Assembly (NCBI GenBank): GCA_015680685.1
Contig: MNCI01000310.1
Location: forward strand, 1-64,000
Length of the DNA stretch: 64,000 bases
Direction of reading: 5' to 3'
Source of the DNA: Gnetum montanum
Taxonomy: Eukaryota > Plantae > Gnetophyta
This document shows, in pieces, positions 61,801 through 64,000 of the stretch. A program made the translations under genes and the position numbers. How positions within the stretch are numbered: the first letter of the stretch is position 1; each line of letters begins with the position of its first letter. The notes beneath the pieces are model-generated. The model saw nothing but the letters and a program-made list of their open reading frames with translations. It had not been told where the DNA came from and did no database searches.

Positions 61801-64000
61801 GAAGCTCTTCAAAAGAATACTCTCAATGAGGGCACTCTTTAGGTGAACACTCTCACAAGTGTAATGCAAGTTTCTCTCACGAAGGCTGATCTCAAGGAGA
61901 AAACTCTCATGGAGACCACCCTTAGGGAGAATTCTCTTAGGGAGGCTGGTCTCATGGAGGCTGATCTCATGGAGAACACTCTCATGGAGACCACCCTTAG
62001 GGAGAATGCTCTCAGGGAGGCTGCTCTCAAGGAGGGCACTCTTAGACAAAATACTCTCAATGAGGATGCTCCAGGGAGAATGCTACTAGTGATGTCCCTC
62101 TCAAAGAGAAAAATATTTAGAAGGATGCTCTACTAGAGGGTGCTCTCAAGGAGAATGCTCTCGAGGAGGGTGATCTCATGTAGAACAGTCTTAAGGAGCA
62201 TGCTCTCAAGGAGGGCATCACCAATGAGATTGATCTTAAAGAGGGAGTTCTAATGAAGGTATCTCTCCAAGAGAACAATCTCAACAAGGGTTATCTCAAG
62301 GAGAACACTCTCATGTGCATAATGAAAAGTGCTCTTAAGGAGAACACTCTAAGGGAGGTCGCTCTCTAGGAGGGTGTCCTCCAAGAGGGAGCTCTCAACG
62401 AGGGTGATCTAAGGGAGAATACTCTCACATGCATAATGCAATGTGCTCTCAAGGAAAATGCTCTCCAAGATGCCACTCTAATGGAGGAAACTCTGAAAAA
62501 GAACACTCTTAGAAAGGGCAGTCTCATAGAGAAAATTCTTAATGATGATACTCTAGGCCAAGGCTTTCTTAGGGAGACTGCACTCAAGGAGGGTGTTCTC
62601 AAGGAGGGTACTTTTAGGAAGGGTGCTCTCTGAAAGAATGCTCTCAGTGATGGTGCTCTCAAGGTGAACACTCTCATGTGCATAATGAAAGATGCTCTCA
62701 TGGACAATGCTCTCACGAATTCCACTCTCAAGGAGAACACTCTTGCAGAGGCTACTTTAATGGAGAATGCTCTTAGGGAGAACACTCTTAGGGAGGGTGA
62801 TCTCAAGGAGGGCACTCTTCAACAAAATGCTCTCAACAAGGATGCTTTAGGGAGAATTCTCCCAAGGAGTGCGCTCTCAAAGAGAATTCTCTTTGGAAGG
62901 CTACTCTAATGGAGGGCACTCTCAAGAAGAATGCTCTCATAAAGGAACATCTCATAGAGAAGACTCTCAAGGAGGGACTCCCAAGGGAGACCACTCTCAA
63001 GGAGGACATTCAAATGTAGGACTCTCTCAAAAAGAATGCTCTCAAAAAGGGCACTCTCAAGGAGAACACTCTGACATGCGTAACGCAAGGTGCTCTCAAG
63101 GAAAATCCTCTAAGGGATGTCACTCTTAGGGAGAGTGCTCTTTTTGAAGGCACCCTTTGCGAGATCACTCTTAGGGAGGGAATTTTGAAGGAGGGAACAT
63201 TTAAGAAGGGTATTCTCTAATAGAACACTCTCAAAGAGCATGCTATCAAGGAGAACACTCACACAAGTGTACCCACCTCAAGGAGAACGCTCTCTGGAAG
63301 GGCATCCACAATGAGATCGATCTCAAGGAGGGTGTTGTACTGGAGAACAATCTCCAAGAGAACACTCTGAAGAAGGGTGCTCTCAAGGAGAACACTCACA
63401 TGCGTAACACAAAGTGCTCTTAACAAGGACACTCTCAAGGAGACCACTCTCACATGCATAGGGAAATGCACTCTCGAGGAAGGTGCTCTCAAGGACAATA
63501 CTCTCTGAGATACCACGCTAAAAGAGGAAGATCTCAAGGAGAATGCTCTTAGGGAGGGTGATCTCATGGAGAACATTCTTAAGGAGGACACTCTTGAGGA
63601 GGGCATCCTTAGAGAGACTACTCTCAAGGAGAGAGTTCTTAAGGATGGCACTCTTAGGAAGGGTGCTTTCTGAAAGAACACTCAACAAGGGTGCTTCGAA
63701 TGTGAACACTTTCACATGCAAACACAAGGTGCTCTCATGGAGGATGCTCTCAAGGAGAATTCTCTCATGCAGGCTGCTCTAATGGAGGATGCTCTTAGGG
63801 AGAATTCTCTTGAGGGAGGGCACTCTTTGACAAAATTCTCTCAATAAGGATTCTCCAAGTAGAACACTCTCAATGAGAGCACTCTCAAAGAGAACACTAT
63901 TTGAAAGGCTTCTCTAATGGAGGGAACTCTCAAGAAGAATGCTCTCATAGAGGGCCATCTCATGGAGAATGCTCTTAAGGAGGGTGTCCCCATGGGGACT
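58891..64000. repeat. Satellite B, segment 4 (runs off the window)
   Basis: Same 15-bp units with higher-order periodicity. Confidence 0.93.

Noticed and set aside
36045-64000. Pentapeptide-repeat ORFs (LKEGA/LRENT, RVPSL) in satellite B
   Set aside because: By-product of a 15-bp period; open on both strands in several frames with frequent stops

Overview
Heterochromatic plant nuclear DNA; the ~0.95 kb ITS1 suggests a gymnosperm (inference). The backbone is one complete but dead 35S/45S rDNA unit on the minus strand, heavily decayed by C>T/G>A transitions. In transcription order: IGS satellite (36045-64000), Pol I initiation motif (~35976), ~6.9 kb 5'ETS with subrepeats, 18S (29043-25620), ITS1, 5.8S, ITS2, 26S (24215-~14155), then a downstream IGS satellite with three spacer-promoter copies (10485-13730). 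Six retroelements sit in or next to it: (1) a Tat/Ogre-type Ty3/gypsy element with RT-RH-aRH-INT and its 3' LTR (to 10484); (2) a full-length L1-type LINE in the 26S (15059-21661, 16-bp TSD); (3) a solo LTR in the 18S; (4) a gag-protease-only Athila-like element (38186-45246); (5) a Tat solo LTR (45498-47087); (6) a gag-protease-only Tat-like element (49119-58890). No intact host gene was found. The two most unusual signals are the LINE ORF2, which continues past the zf-RVT region into a Transposase_32-like domain plus coiled coil instead of RNase H, and arrays of a covarying hairpin + TTAAACTRGC motif shared by the pol-bearing and gag-only Tat elements. All domain calls are by eye from motifs; no searches were run.
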